From assembly GCA_012026655.1 (NCBI GenBank), contig JAAILG010002566.1:1-53235 (forward strand): a stretch of 53,235 nt of DNA, given 5' to 3'. Under the pieces are notes generated by a model. The model saw only the letters and a program-made list of their open reading frames with translations. It made no database searches and was not told the origin of the DNA. The DNA comes from Hydrolagus affinis (Eukaryota). Below, one piece after another: positions 25,930-38,153 of the stretch (the first letter of the stretch is position 1; each line of letters starts with the position of its first letter). A program made the translations under genes and the position numbers.

Positions 25930-26486
25930 GTAAGTACTGTACAAGCCAAGTGCTGCTGATCATATCTGGTATTTCTAAATGTGATGCAAGAAAAGATGAG
26001 ATAATCTGCTAGAAGATCTTTAACTCCTCTAGGACCTAATCAGTCACTGTATAACCTTCTGGCCTCCATTTTAGCATTTGCCAAAGTTGTCACTGTTCCT
26101 TCCACAAATCCAAATACGTACACATTTCACCTTCACTGTGTTGAAATTAAATTAAAACTCTTCTCTTTGTTTTGAAATGTAAACTTGACTTTTCGTTTTC
26201 TCTGCCTTTTTTAGAACAACTGATCAAAATATTTGGGCTCAAGCAGCCTGAGGTTTAAAAGCAATAACAATATAAGAACATAAGAAATGCCAGGCGAGAA
26301 AAGTCCAAGGTCCATCTAGTTCGCCTTCCAGCTTCCTGGTGGCCACGTGTACATATGTCCCACCATATGTGGCTGCTTTTACACTGTTATTTGCTAGCAG
26401 TTACATCAATGTTATATCACTATAACTGTGAACTTCATGTGTTGCATTTCATTTATGCAGCTGCTTTTTAATCTGAATTTCTTTAG

Positions 26487-26645
26487 GAGGAGAAGGATGA
26501 GAAGAAAGATGAAGAAAAAGAGAAGGAGAAGAAGAAAGAGCCAGAGCCAAATTTTCAACTGTTGGAGAACCCTGCCCGAGTCATGCCTGCACAGCTCAAA
26601 GTCCTGACAATGCCAGAGGGCTGTAGATATCTGCCCTTCAAACAG
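26487..26645 (+). CDS. PSMD1: PSMD1 internal exon (159 nt)
   Basis: TTCTTTAG| ... CAG|GTCAGT. Encodes [53 protein letters not shown]. Confidence 0.96.
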
Positions 26646-29600
26646 GTCAGTATGTTCTGTGTACGCACTGAGGCTGCAGATATTCTAAATAAAACTGCTG
26701 ATTAAAAATTATTTTACTGAAAAGCACAGCATCACATGTGTATAGCGCCTTTCACATCAGGAGGACGTCATTAGTATAAACACACAAAGATCTTAGATGT
26801 GAATGTACTTCTTGGTACGTCCTCCCGACATGAAAAGCGCTGTCCGGACGTAATGTTGTCGTTGTTGTTGTACAAGTAGACACAAGTGATATCCAGAATT
26901 ATAACATGGGATGTGTTACAAGATCCACGCTTAAGCTTTCATATATTCCACTCAGATATAAAACAGCTGGACATTTTTTGTTTCAAAAATGAATATTTAT
27001 ATACTTGTCAGATTTGTAACTGTACGTAAATATTTTAACTAACTTAATGTTTGCCTGATACTAGGGAATGATGGAATGATGTGATTTTCATGGGGATGAG
27101 GGAGAAAGTCTGTTTACGGCGTCATTTACAGCTGCTGGTGACAAGCCCACAGCACAAACACCAGTGTTTTGATAACCGGAATGACTTGAGGCTTGAGGGA
27201 TTCAAAGGTCAGAGCAAGAGGATCCTGATAGAGATGTTACCCAGTTATTCCCGAGCGAGTATGAAACAAACAGTGATATTTGAACCTGACTGGAATCTAA
27301 AACAGCTGTAAACTTGAACATAGTGATTCCACTGGATGAGTGGCTTTTAATCCGATCCAACAGCAGAGCAATTTCAAAATGCTCGCTCAGCAATCTTGCA
27401 GCCCGGGTGGGGGTGGTGGGGGTAGTGTTTTATTGGTGATGTTTTTCATGTTTATCATTCCAAAGCGCGTAATAATTTCACATGGTCCAGAGAAATCACA
27501 GGAAAATACACCATCAAAGAGAACCACAGATATATCAGCACTCGACTAAACTCACAGATTATGAGTTGCTTCAGAAAGAGAGAGGTTTAGAATCGCAGTT
27601 ACGACAACTTGATCAAGACGGAGGTTGTCAGCTGGTTGTTTAACACATCAGGTCTCAAATCTAAGCAGTCGAATATTGACGGAGGGTTTTGTGGGCGCAG
27701 AGATATTTTCATTCAAAGTGGTGACCTGACCAGAGTGCCATCATTAAGGTTCTAGTTTTACGTTTCTTATTGAGGATTGAATCACGGTTACAGTGATTCA
27801 AGCTCCTTTGTTTATCCTCTTAAATACATATTGAGGCTTCCTCACCTATTGGGTGCAAATCACTGGGGTAGTGTTTTCTCAGCAATGTTTACCTTTGTGT
27901 ATTTGTATCGTATCTTATTAACCAGACATCCTGCTTGGGTGATTCAGGTGCACAGGAAGTTCCCCTGGCAATGTTTCAAAGAAGAGCAGGGATTTCCAAC
28001 GCTCAGGCCATTATTGCTAACCTCAGTTCTCACCAGGCTCCATTCTCTCCAAACTGATCCATTTAAGATCCTCGTGTAGAAATCCCTTGATGCCCCAGTG
28101 GCCCACCTTTCACCCCTCTGGCTCCCACTCCTCTGCCCAGCCTCTGCACTCAGCCACCGCAGGCAAACATGTGTCTCCCTCCCTCCGTGGCATCATCAGT
28201 GACAGTGCCTTCAGCCTGTGCCTCGCTCCCTGATCATTAAGACTTACCTGAGAAACTCCCCCCCCACCCCCACCCCCGTCGATTTTAATAGTAAACAATC
28301 CAATTTATTGATTTTAACTGTGGATTTGTTTCTTCATCTGTGACTGACGACCTGTAGACATTTCTTACATTTCAGAGTTGTGGCTCAAATTGTATTTTTT
28401 TTGACCAAACGTCAGTTTCCACCAGTAGTGTTGGTGTTTGAGAACAGTGAATCCGTGTGCAAAATATTTCTCCAGCGCACTTGCATAAATATTTATATAA
28501 AATCTATTCTGTATCTCTCCAGCTGACATATTGCTTATGCGGTTGTGTGAATCCAAGTGATGACAAGTGTTTAGTGAATGTGAATTACATCCAACAGACT
28601 GAGGGACTGTGGCGACAGAGAAAGACATGTTAGATATGTTATACCACTAAGACACTGTTTACTTGTACATGTGTCAGGATACACGGACTGTTGGGAACAG
28701 AAATCAAAAGTATTAGCAGTTTTTACTCACTTTATACATTGTGATTGGGAACATTAATCACAGTTCATCTTGAACTTTCTTTATCATTTGTTCTGCTGCG
28801 TTTCGCCCACAAATATACAGTAAAATGAAATGATTATTAATTAAAAGCTATTGTATCTCAGTCACAGTGAGCGCAGGAGGAACTGAGAGCACACTGAGAT
28901 GCAGTTGTTCACCAATTCCTCCTTTCCTCTTCTATATTATATTATTATTGAGCAATCTATAAAACACTGGGATTTTATACATCCCCATCCATTATAATCC
29001 ATTACAATTGTTCTGAAGTATATGGAGACTCTAAAAGCATGGTGATAGATTTGTGGTTATATCGGAAACCTTGCAAACCCAAAGATTTGAGAGTAATGTG
29101 TCCAGTTTGAATGCCGGACTAAAGAAACCTTGCTGAATCAGCTTTGCATTATTGAAAGCCAAGCGAGGCAGTTTTTGTAGCTGTCTGAAAGAAACATAGC
29201 GTTTGATGCCTGAGCTTTTCAAGGAGATTATATACAGCAGTGTATTCAAACACAGCTTGAAACTGTTAATTAGGGGAAGAAGCACTTTGATCTTTCAAAT
29301 CAATTGGCTGCTCTCGTTAGTGTAAAGTCTGCCTGAGTGACAAGGCACAAGATTTAAGAAAACTTTACAACAGTAACTTGTATTCACATTTTTATTTGAA
29401 ACAGCTGCCAAGTAAATTCTACTACAGTATTTGCCTTTTTCCTGTCTGTGGGACAATTTATGAAACTGTTGAGTTGTTCGCTTTTGTCCAATGCAGGCGA
29501 CCATTATATAATCGTTCATACTGTGAGTGACTTGGAGCCATGAGCACTAATGTCACAATAGAGTTTGATCAATTCTGATGCGCCAATATTGCCTCTATAC

Positions 29601-29840
29601 AGGAGTAGGTGCTTGCTATAGAGTAACGTCTGATATACCACAACCTGCGATCCATTCAGCAATCCTCACTCGTACACAAAGAGCAGCTCTTGTTATGATC
29701 TTCTCAAAAACAATTCCATCTGTATATTTTTGATATTCCTGTTGAAATTGCACCAGAGATTGTGGGGAAGAAAGATTCAGGTTTGTTGTATTTTGTTTAA
29801 AAAAAAGAACTTGGGATGAATTTAAATTTTGCCTTAATAA

Positions 29841-30023
<183 letters not shown>

Positions 30024-31013
30024 ATTGGTGAGTGTTGATAGTTGGGCCATCAGTCTCTCTGCCCCCCACCCTTTGGAACTCCATCCCACAGTCCCTTGGT
30101 TTTTCCCCCTCTCTTGCCTCCTTCAAGACCCTCCCCTTTGACCTTGCCTTCGGTCACCTTCCTGCCTCCACATCCCACCCCTCCCGATCCCAACCACCAG
30201 CTCGGGTTTAGGTGCCTGACTGTCCAGCGCTTTGGGACGTCCTCCTGATGTGAAAGGCACCAGGCTTGGCTTTTCCATAGTTTCTACAAGTTCCAAAAGG
30301 AAGCACAAAGCAGCCAGTGCTGTGTCCTCTAGAGCCCACCTTCCTATTGTTAACTTACTCTCAGCAATTAGTGTCAGCAATTAAATAGCAAAACAATACT
30401 GCCCCTGGGTAGTGACAGTGGGATCAACTAAATTATTTGGAAATATATTGTGTAAAACATTCCCACTGCTTGTACCTTTCTCCAATAGTTTTTAATAGGG
30501 AATGTCTGCGGTTGCCTTGACTGAGGTACAACAGCTCTGTGGGTAACAGGTTTAGTTTGACTATTTACATTTACTAAAGACGAAAACTTTAGTGTTCGGG
30601 GGAATAAACTACAGAGAACAAGAGAATAGAAGGAAGGGCTTGAAAGGTGGGATAGGAAGAATCTTATGCAGGTAAATAAGATTCTTAACTGAATTGGGTA
30701 GTATGATTACAGATACTTTTAAAACGAATAAAATGGCGACACAGGGTTAAATATTCTGTCTGTCCCTGTATTCCATCGCTCACTCGTATAACAATTAAAC
30801 TGCTTTACCTCATTAAAGTCACTGGCTTGTCTGCAGGGTTGCTGATTCCACAACACGCTTAATTTACTGCAGACTTCACGATGATTGAGTGCATTATTAC
30901 CTCTGTTAAGAATTCAAGTTTTCGTTTTTAATTAAAAGTGCCAAATTAATAAATATTTTTCCGCAGGTTGTTTGTGAAAGCTTGGCTGGTTACCTTATTG
31001 TTTTATTCTGTAG

Positions 31014-31195
31014 GTTTCCCCTGACGTTCCCAGGTGCTGCTGTGTTTGGAGATGCCATTTAAGGTTTGTGTGATCCTACAGTGCCAGCAGTCACTGCAAT
31101 CACATTCATCCTTCTCGTAACTTAGAATAGCGTCAAGGCATAATGTACACTGCTAACTTTTACAGAGATTAATAAACCTCTTGTGTTAAACCACT
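31014..31195 (+). other. PSMD1: Probable non-coding terminal (3'UTR) exon of PSMD1
   Basis: Strong acceptor TTATTGTTTTATTCTGTAG| ending at 31013 (alternative TTTTTCCGCAG| ending at 30966). It follows the unmatched donor at 30028 and precedes an AATAAA. The 3' end is estimated. Confidence 0.65.
31171..31176 (+). terminator. Polyadenylation signal of PSMD1
   Basis: AATAAA with an upstream TGTA (31144) and a downstream U/GU-rich tract (TTTGGGTTCTGTTTTCAATTTCATTGTTTGTT). Confidence 0.7.
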
Positions 31196-31260
31196 TTGGG
31201 TTCTGTTTTCAATTTCATTGTTTGTTCCTCTGCTGCCAGGACAGGATGTGAGTGCAGAAA

Positions 31261-31282
31261 GTGTGTGTGTGTGTGTGTGTGT
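31261..31282. repeat. (GT)n microsatellite; others at about 9752-9767 (TC), 24358-24404 (CA), 35444-35465 (CA), 39126-39160 (CG/CA) and 43620-43643 (GT)
   Basis: Read directly from the sequence. Confidence 0.9.
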
Positions 31283-31605
31283 ATGCGCGTGATCCTTCAG
31301 GCCTGATTTATAAATCAGCCTCTCCAATGTCACTTTATTCTCGTCCACTTACCAACGTTTAAAAAAAAATCCCTCTTTGTGTGACTTCAAAAAGTAATAA
31401 TTATGCTGAGAGTTTGGATTGATCATCTTCACACTGAAGGACCTTGTATTTTATTGACCTGAATAAGTTATATGTGAGGGGCCCTCCTTGTGCTCTTTTT
31501 ATCCTGTGATGTGCTCAAATTAACTCACGTGAGCTTCTCCAAACCTTACCCTACACTGTGAAACGGTACTTCTGTGCAATGCAATCTGCCATTCGGAATA
31601 GAAAG

Positions 31606-31680
31606 TTTTGGTCTCCTTATCTAAGAAAGGATATACTCGCCTTAGAGGGAGGGTGCAACATAGATTCACTAGGTTGGTTC
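31606..31680 (+). mobile_element. CR1 LINE ORF2 fragment
   Basis: FWSPYLRKDILALEG then, after a frameshift, VQHRFTRL; typical CR1 RT C-terminus. Confidence 0.75.
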
Positions 31681-32419
31681 TTAGGGTGAGAGTGTTGCCC
31701 TATGAGGAGAGTAAACAAGGTATGTGGGAGTCTTCCTGGAGTTAATTATCTCTTGAGGAGGAAGGCTTGCTGAAGTCAAGCCATCTGCAATAATGTGAGC
31801 ACTTGTTACTGGCTGACTACTATAGAATTTCTCAATGAGACTTAGTTGGACTAACACTAAAATATGGTTCCAGATTCTCCCAACAATTCCTGATAAGTAG
31901 CTAATCTTCATGTGTGAGCCTGGACAGCAATTAGTCTAAAGCTGCCGTCACCTGTTGTCAACACACCCACACTCCCAACTAAATGATGATTGATTGGCTG
32001 CCACAGACAAAATCAAATGGGAGTGAGTTCATGAAGGGGGAAGAAGTGAGGACATTAGCTGGTAATGTGACTCTCAGCTGGTAATGTTTCCTGTTGATGT
32101 TCTGAGGTAAGTGAAGACGCTGCAAAAATATTGACTACTGGGAAATAAATGCACTCTCGAATCAGCAAAAAACATCTGTTTGAAATTGGAGAGAACTAAC
32201 AACCTAATGATGGCATGGAATCCAACAGTGAGCTTTCACAACACTGAGCTGTGATACAACCTGCAGATTCAATTAGCCAACTGGTGCTTCAAATTTATCA
32301 CACATTTACATAAACATTACAGCACAGAAACAGTACCGCAGAGAAACAATACACAGAAACATTACAGCAAAGAAACAGGCCATTCAGGCAGCTGGTGTTT
32401 ATAGAATCTGTAAATAAAA

Positions 32420-32705
32420 TTGGTCATTCACGGCCTTGCCCCCTCGCATCTCTCCGACCTGCTGTCCCCTTATAAAGCTGCCCGTCCCCTCCGTTCAGTG
32501 GGCTCTGGCCTGCTCCATGTCTCCCGCCCTACATCCCACCAGGCTTTCTGCCCCCACACTCTGGAACTCCATCCCGCAGTCCCTTCGCTTCCTCCCTTTC
32601 CTGCTTCAAAGCCGGTCTCCAAGACCCTCCCTTGCTCGGGTCCCAACCTGGCTGGTCAGAGCCTCCTGATGTGAAAGGCACTTATAAATGTTATTTTGTT
32701 GTTAT
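32420..32705 (+). mobile_element. L2 LINE 3' fragment; similar pieces at about 28025-28260 and 30045-30260
   Basis: HGLAPSHLSDLLSPYKAARPLRS in ORF 32420-32674, CTCTGGAACTCCATCCC motif, CCTGATGTGAAAGGCAC tail. Confidence 0.8.
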
Positions 32706-35700
32706 CATTCTCTTCACAGTTGTTTGTGGGACATCGCTGTGTGCAAATTGGATGTTACTTTCACCCACTAAGCACAGTCACCGCACTTCACAGTATATTC
32801 TGTGTAACGCTTTGGGTTCATCCTCCTGACATGAAAGTTGCAATAACAAATCTAACGTGAGCCTCTACCCCTAATTATCTTCACTCCTGTGTGTTTACAT
32901 TTCCTCTTAAATTTGTTAATGCTTTCTGCTTCTGCCAGTGAATTTTACATTCTCCTCACCAACCGTATGAAGAGATTCTTCCATAACTCCCTATTCTGTG
33001 TCTGTGGCTACGAGCTATTATATATTTATGTCCCCGATTGTTTGCCCAATCCTTTCAAAATTTCCTTTAAAAGCACCTCTATCCGGCTCGCTCTCAATTG
33101 CCTCATCTCCAATCTTGAACGCTCTGTCCACTCATCCCAGAAACTTGCTTTAAAAATAATAAATAAATTCTGTGTATGATAATAAATAATCCTTTCAGTG
33201 CTTCACGGTGGGGAGGACACTGTCAGCATTACAGCATTAGAGCAAGAGTGAGTCTGGATTATCAGTACAGTTTCAATGTGTGACACGGTTTTAATTCTGT
33301 CCTAGCTGGACATGTCCCACAATATTTATCTTCTGAAACAAACTATTATTACCCCATTTACACCAAGGGTCTTAAACATGGATGTGGGGGGTGGTGGGAG
33401 GAGGGAGGGGGGAATTGTGACTTGTTTTTCCCCAAAAGCTCGTGCAAAACCAATCATATCAAATGTTCGGAATGACTCATCCTTTTTAAATAGACTGGGG
33501 AGATTAGATTGCCAATGAATAGAGTTAGCAACACAAGCGAAACTGCTTCTGTCAGGTTTCTGCAGAAAGAGATGAGAGGCTTTTGCCTGGATTGTGGTGG
33601 GATTGTCAGCACAACATCACTGGAGAAGCAGACTATCCACAGTTTGCTGGCATCTCATTAGACATGGCTAGAGTATGTATTGCTGCAGGTCTCTGTACAA
33701 TAATGATCTTAATTTAAAACCTCTGGCATGAGTCACACATAAGTAGACGTTGATAAACGGCCAGGAGTCTTAATTTCGATCTTAAAGATGTTTTGTTGTT
33801 GAGTTTTCAATTTAATTGGATGATTTTGAGTATCTGGAAGATAATTCATGTGGAAAGAATAGTCCGTCTGAGGACATGGAGGGAGCTGGTCACAAGTACA
33901 GGCCAGCACCAAAGAAAGCCTGAGTGAGTGAGGTCTGTGTGTCTTGTGTGTGAGATAAGGTTGACATGTTTAATGTTACACGTGTAGACTTTATTTCGAC
34001 CCATTTTAATGTTGATGGAGTCCAGCGCCTTGTAACGTGAAAGGCTCTATACAAATGTAATTTTGTTGTTGTTGTTGTCCTCGCTCCAGCCTATATCGAC
34101 CTTCGGTTTCAAATAACAACCCGAACACCATCAACCCAAACATACTTTACTGAGTATTATGCGGAGAATTGTTAGCCTTTTGGCAGAACTTGTCGGGTCT
34201 GCGTTTCCACTTCCCCGTTCATGTCTTCACCCTGTGTGATCGCTGAATTTCCCACATTCCAAGAATGTCTCTTTGCCCATCCCTGCGGCTTTGTTTGTTA
34301 TTGAAACACTGAGAAGTTCATAGCTGTCTGGCCGAGCTTCACGGTTTAATGGATTTTATATTAATTTAAAAAGTCAACTTGAATAAGCTGCACTTGCGCA
34401 TCCGAATCATGTTGAATTATGAACCCGGGTTGTGCACAGCAGCCGGTGCCTCACAACACGCAGAGCGCAAAGTAAAGTGAGTAAGTAGGAAGGGTTTCAC
34501 TAATACAAGATGACAAAAACAGCTTGAAAACCCCCCAGTAAATTTGGCTTCTCGACAAATCAAATAATCCCTTTCATTTCTAGTGGACCCGAATCGAGCG
34601 CAGATTCCAAAGCCCTTTTCCCAGCCAGAACTGTGCGTGCTGTTAACCTGGAACCCAATCATTCTAATGGTTCGTCAGCAAAGGTATTAAGTGATCTTTA
34701 AATCAACATAATATTAACATTTCTCTGATGTCTTCATAAGGTACCTCAGAGAACCCCATTAGGTATTGGTTTTTGTGCTAGGTTTCCTCATGTGTGCTAG
34801 CCTTGGACTATCAATCAATAACTGTCAGAAACCTTAGCCAAACCACTTCCTTTATTCCACATCCCAAAGGTTTTCAAAATAAATTTACTTGTTCCTCATT
34901 CTTCTTAACATACTGGAGGAGAAGTTCATCACCCAGCTGGAGTACTGACTCTGAGAGATTTTTTTTCTCCGGTTTTCAGTGAGGGTTTGATTTTCTCCAA
35001 TCCTATTACTCTAATTGTCCTTCACTGAGCAGGTGTTATCAGGGCTTATCAATGATATCTTATCCTCCACTTCCTGGGCTATGTGTTAACTGATGCTACT
35101 GTTAGTCTCTCACTATCTGGAGACACAGTTAGTCAGTGAGTTAGTTTGAAAATCCTGCTGCCATTGCTGGTCAATAGAGAGAAATTATTTGCACTGTTAG
35201 ATGAGGCAATGATTCAAGGGCAAATGTTTTTAGATCGTTTACAAATGGGACGATCGGGAGAATTTTCAGGTATCTTGAAAAGGAGTAAGCTGCATGTTTG
35301 AGGGGAACGGTGGGTAAATTGGGCTAAAGGGACTGTTATTACTAGAGCAGTTACACGGGGTTCAACACTCTCACTCTGTGCTGTGATTGTTTGTGGTTCT
35401 CTATGGACTAATGCGACTCTAGGTTGTCAGATCTGACTTGTTTCACACACACACACACACACACAACAGTCATAACCACGTAATGGAGATTGGAGGAGAT
35501 GCATCGAAAGAGAAAAGGCTTTCTCAACGTAACACAGACTGGCGTAGAAAGGTCACGTCACCCACTGCGGTTCCTCCACAAGTGGGTTCCATCGAATTAA
35601 TATTTTATGAAAGAAATGGATTTGTGTTGACCAAATAAGAGTAGGAGCACATTTTTAGTTTGGCAAATGCCAATTCTAACATATGCCTCCAGCCGCAAGT

Positions 35701-36221
35701 AACAATTCCTGTTACATCTCACGTTAACAGATAAGTAGAAAAGATGATGTTGTCATCAACCTTTGTGTGCGGGATTAATCCACTCAAAATTGTTGAGTTA
35801 TTGAGTTGCGCTGAGAGCTGCTGACGATCCGCAGTTTAATTGGATTTGTCAGGGTTTTCAGCAGGAATAAAAATTATGTTTTTTGCTGCGCTTAAATTTC
35901 ACATTTAAGACACTTGTTTCACACATTTAAATGTCTGAAACAAAAACTGTCCAGCGCCTTGGGACGTCCTGAAGTGAGAGGTGCTATACAGTACAGGTGT
36001 AATTTTGTTGTTGTTGTTGATGTTAAATTTATGACCCTAGTCATTCCCATATGAATACTTTATTTCCTGTTTGAGATGTGTTTAGATTTGTTGAAATACA
36101 AAATACTCCTGACAATGGAAGAGTAACGAGTAACATTTTCTGCAGGACATTCCGCCCCTGAGCTGAGGGGATGGTGTCCTACAGTTGCCAGCAGATCTTC
36201 AGGTTTCGCCAGGGCAACGAT

Positions 36222-36508
36222 AATCAATAACATTACATAATCTTTGCATTTAATATTGCACCCAAACATGCCAAAAATCACAATTTTATAGTGTACTGTA
36301 AAGAGAAATGCTGAAACCTACAGACAGCAATGAATGAATAAATGATCTATTTCTTGGGGTGGATTTGGTTGAGGGAAGAATATTGGCCTGGACACTTTCT
36401 CAATAGTTTGTTGGGATCTCTTTATGATGTCCCCCTGAACAGACGGAATCTCAATTTGATTTCTCAAGGGCCGTAACTCTACCTTCGCAGAGTTCACCCA
36501 GCGCTGCG
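36222..36508 (-). mobile_element. Old Deu-domain SINE; similar remnants at about 27930-28010 (+), 47690-47850 (+) and 50275-50570 (-)
   Basis: The - strand reads CTGTTCAGGGGGACATCATAAAGAGATCCCA..GTGTCCAGGCCAATATTCTTCCCTCAACC followed by a degraded tail. Confidence 0.6.
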
Positions 36509-36603
36509 TTCAATAATAATAATAATAATAATCCTGACATTTGGTAAAGCGGCTTTGACTTCAGGAGGATGTCCCAAAGTGCTTCACAGGATATACAGTA
36601 CAT

Positions 36604-36942
36604 TAATAATAATAATAATACTACTAATAATAATCCTTGCATTGGATATAGCGGCTTTTCACATCTCATCGACGTCTCAAAGCGCTTCACAGAATAGACT
36701 GTCAAGTGAATCGACTGTATATTTGTGGGCGAAACGCGGCAGCCAATTGCACACAGCAGCATCCCCCACAAACAGTCGTGGATTGAAAATGACCAATTTT
36801 TTTTTGAGAGATTATTATTAGGCGTGTAGAGTAAGGAAACTTGTCCAAAGTTTCGCCCTGACTTGATCTGCCTGGATTCGTACACAGATCTCAAGCTTGC
36901 AAGGCAAGCGCTCTAACCACTGAGTTACAGAAGCTCCACTCC
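36604..36942 (-). mobile_element. Full-length copy of the same tRNA-derived SINE
   Basis: Reverse complement begins GGAGTGGAGCTTCTGTAACTCAGTGGTTAGAGCGC and is colinear with 48224-48564 through the tail. Confidence 0.9.
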
Positions 36943-37599
36943 ATTATTATGAGAACAAACAAGGAATCACAAAGTGGAGTGACTGTGTGTTTGGTGGGCA
37001 AATTTGTGTGTCAACCTGGACTGTGAGAGCATATTGTAATTGTATTCTTCACTGTAGCTCAGGGAGGGTCTATCTGAAGATCATAAGTTAGAGATTTCTC
37101 CCTCACGCATTTATTTTGGAACTGGGATACTTGGCCTACCTTACCCGCCAGTCTCCCTGACAGCTCAGTGTCTTCAGCTTGTTAGTCTGTCTATTCTCAG
37201 AGTGGAGGTAGATGACAGATCATTTACGATGACAGATCCAGACTGGCGCAGACACCATTGTGAGTACAGTATCTGGCAGACTCTCTGATGTTCCAAGGCA
37301 GTTCTCCATGTTGATGAGTTTGATTCTGTGTCTCAATTGTAGCTGGTTTGGCCCAGGGTGAGAGCAACACATTAGATTTCCACATAGAAATGTGCAATTC
37401 CATGAGTGTTACAATATCCCTCGCGTGGATGCTTCTTACACAGACCAGCAGGAGAACACAGGTCCATTGGCTTTAACCCTGGAATGTGCCTTGATGGGGC
37501 CCTCTGGAGACAGCTGGCATCGTAGACGTGCCTCTGGCTCCATGTAACGCACAGAAAGAGGCCAAGGCTAAATTCGGGTTGTTCTGTTTGATCTTTCAA

Positions 37600-38153
37600 A
37601 GGCCGGTTGCCTTTCCAGTTCCTCCCGCCATAGGCTGTAGATCGTTCAGAAATCCGCAGCCCGTGTCCTCTACCTCTCCGAGTTCCGCGACCCCATCTCC
37701 CCCATTCTCGCCCGACTCCATTGGCTCCCCATCACCCAGAGGATTCAATTCAAGATCCTGGTCCTCACCTTCAAAGCCCTCCACGGCTTCACTCCCACCC
37801 TACATCCGTGACCTCCTAACCCCCTACCAACCTGACCTCTCCCTCTGCTCAGTGGGCTCCACATCCCCCGACACTCCTACCCCACCGTTGGTGGGCGTGA
37901 CTTCAGCCACTCTGCCCCTAACCTCTGGGACTCCAGCCCCCAGTCCCTCCGCCTCACCCCCCTCCCTGGCCTCCTTCAAGTCCTGCCTCAAGACCCTCCT
38001 GTTTGACAGTCCCATCGGTCACCCCAATTCCCCTCCTTTCCCTCCACCCTCCCCGAACCCCACCCCAGCTCAGGTCTGAAACTGTCCAGTGCCTCGGGAC
38101 GTCCTCCTGACATGAAACATGCCGTACAAATCTAATTTTGTTGTTGTCGTTGT
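37600..38153 (+). mobile_element. L2-clade LINE 3' end (degenerate ORF2 C-terminus, 3'UTR and (GTT)n tail)
   Basis: One frame reads IVQKSAARVL...RLHWLPITQRIQFKILVLTFKALHG, typical of L2 ORF2. Ends GGGACGTCCTCCTGACATGAAA..TTTTGTTGTTGT. Confidence 0.88.

Noticed and set aside
37528-38079. 183-aa Pro/Ser-rich ORF
   Set aside because: A frameshifted reading through a degenerate L2 fragment.
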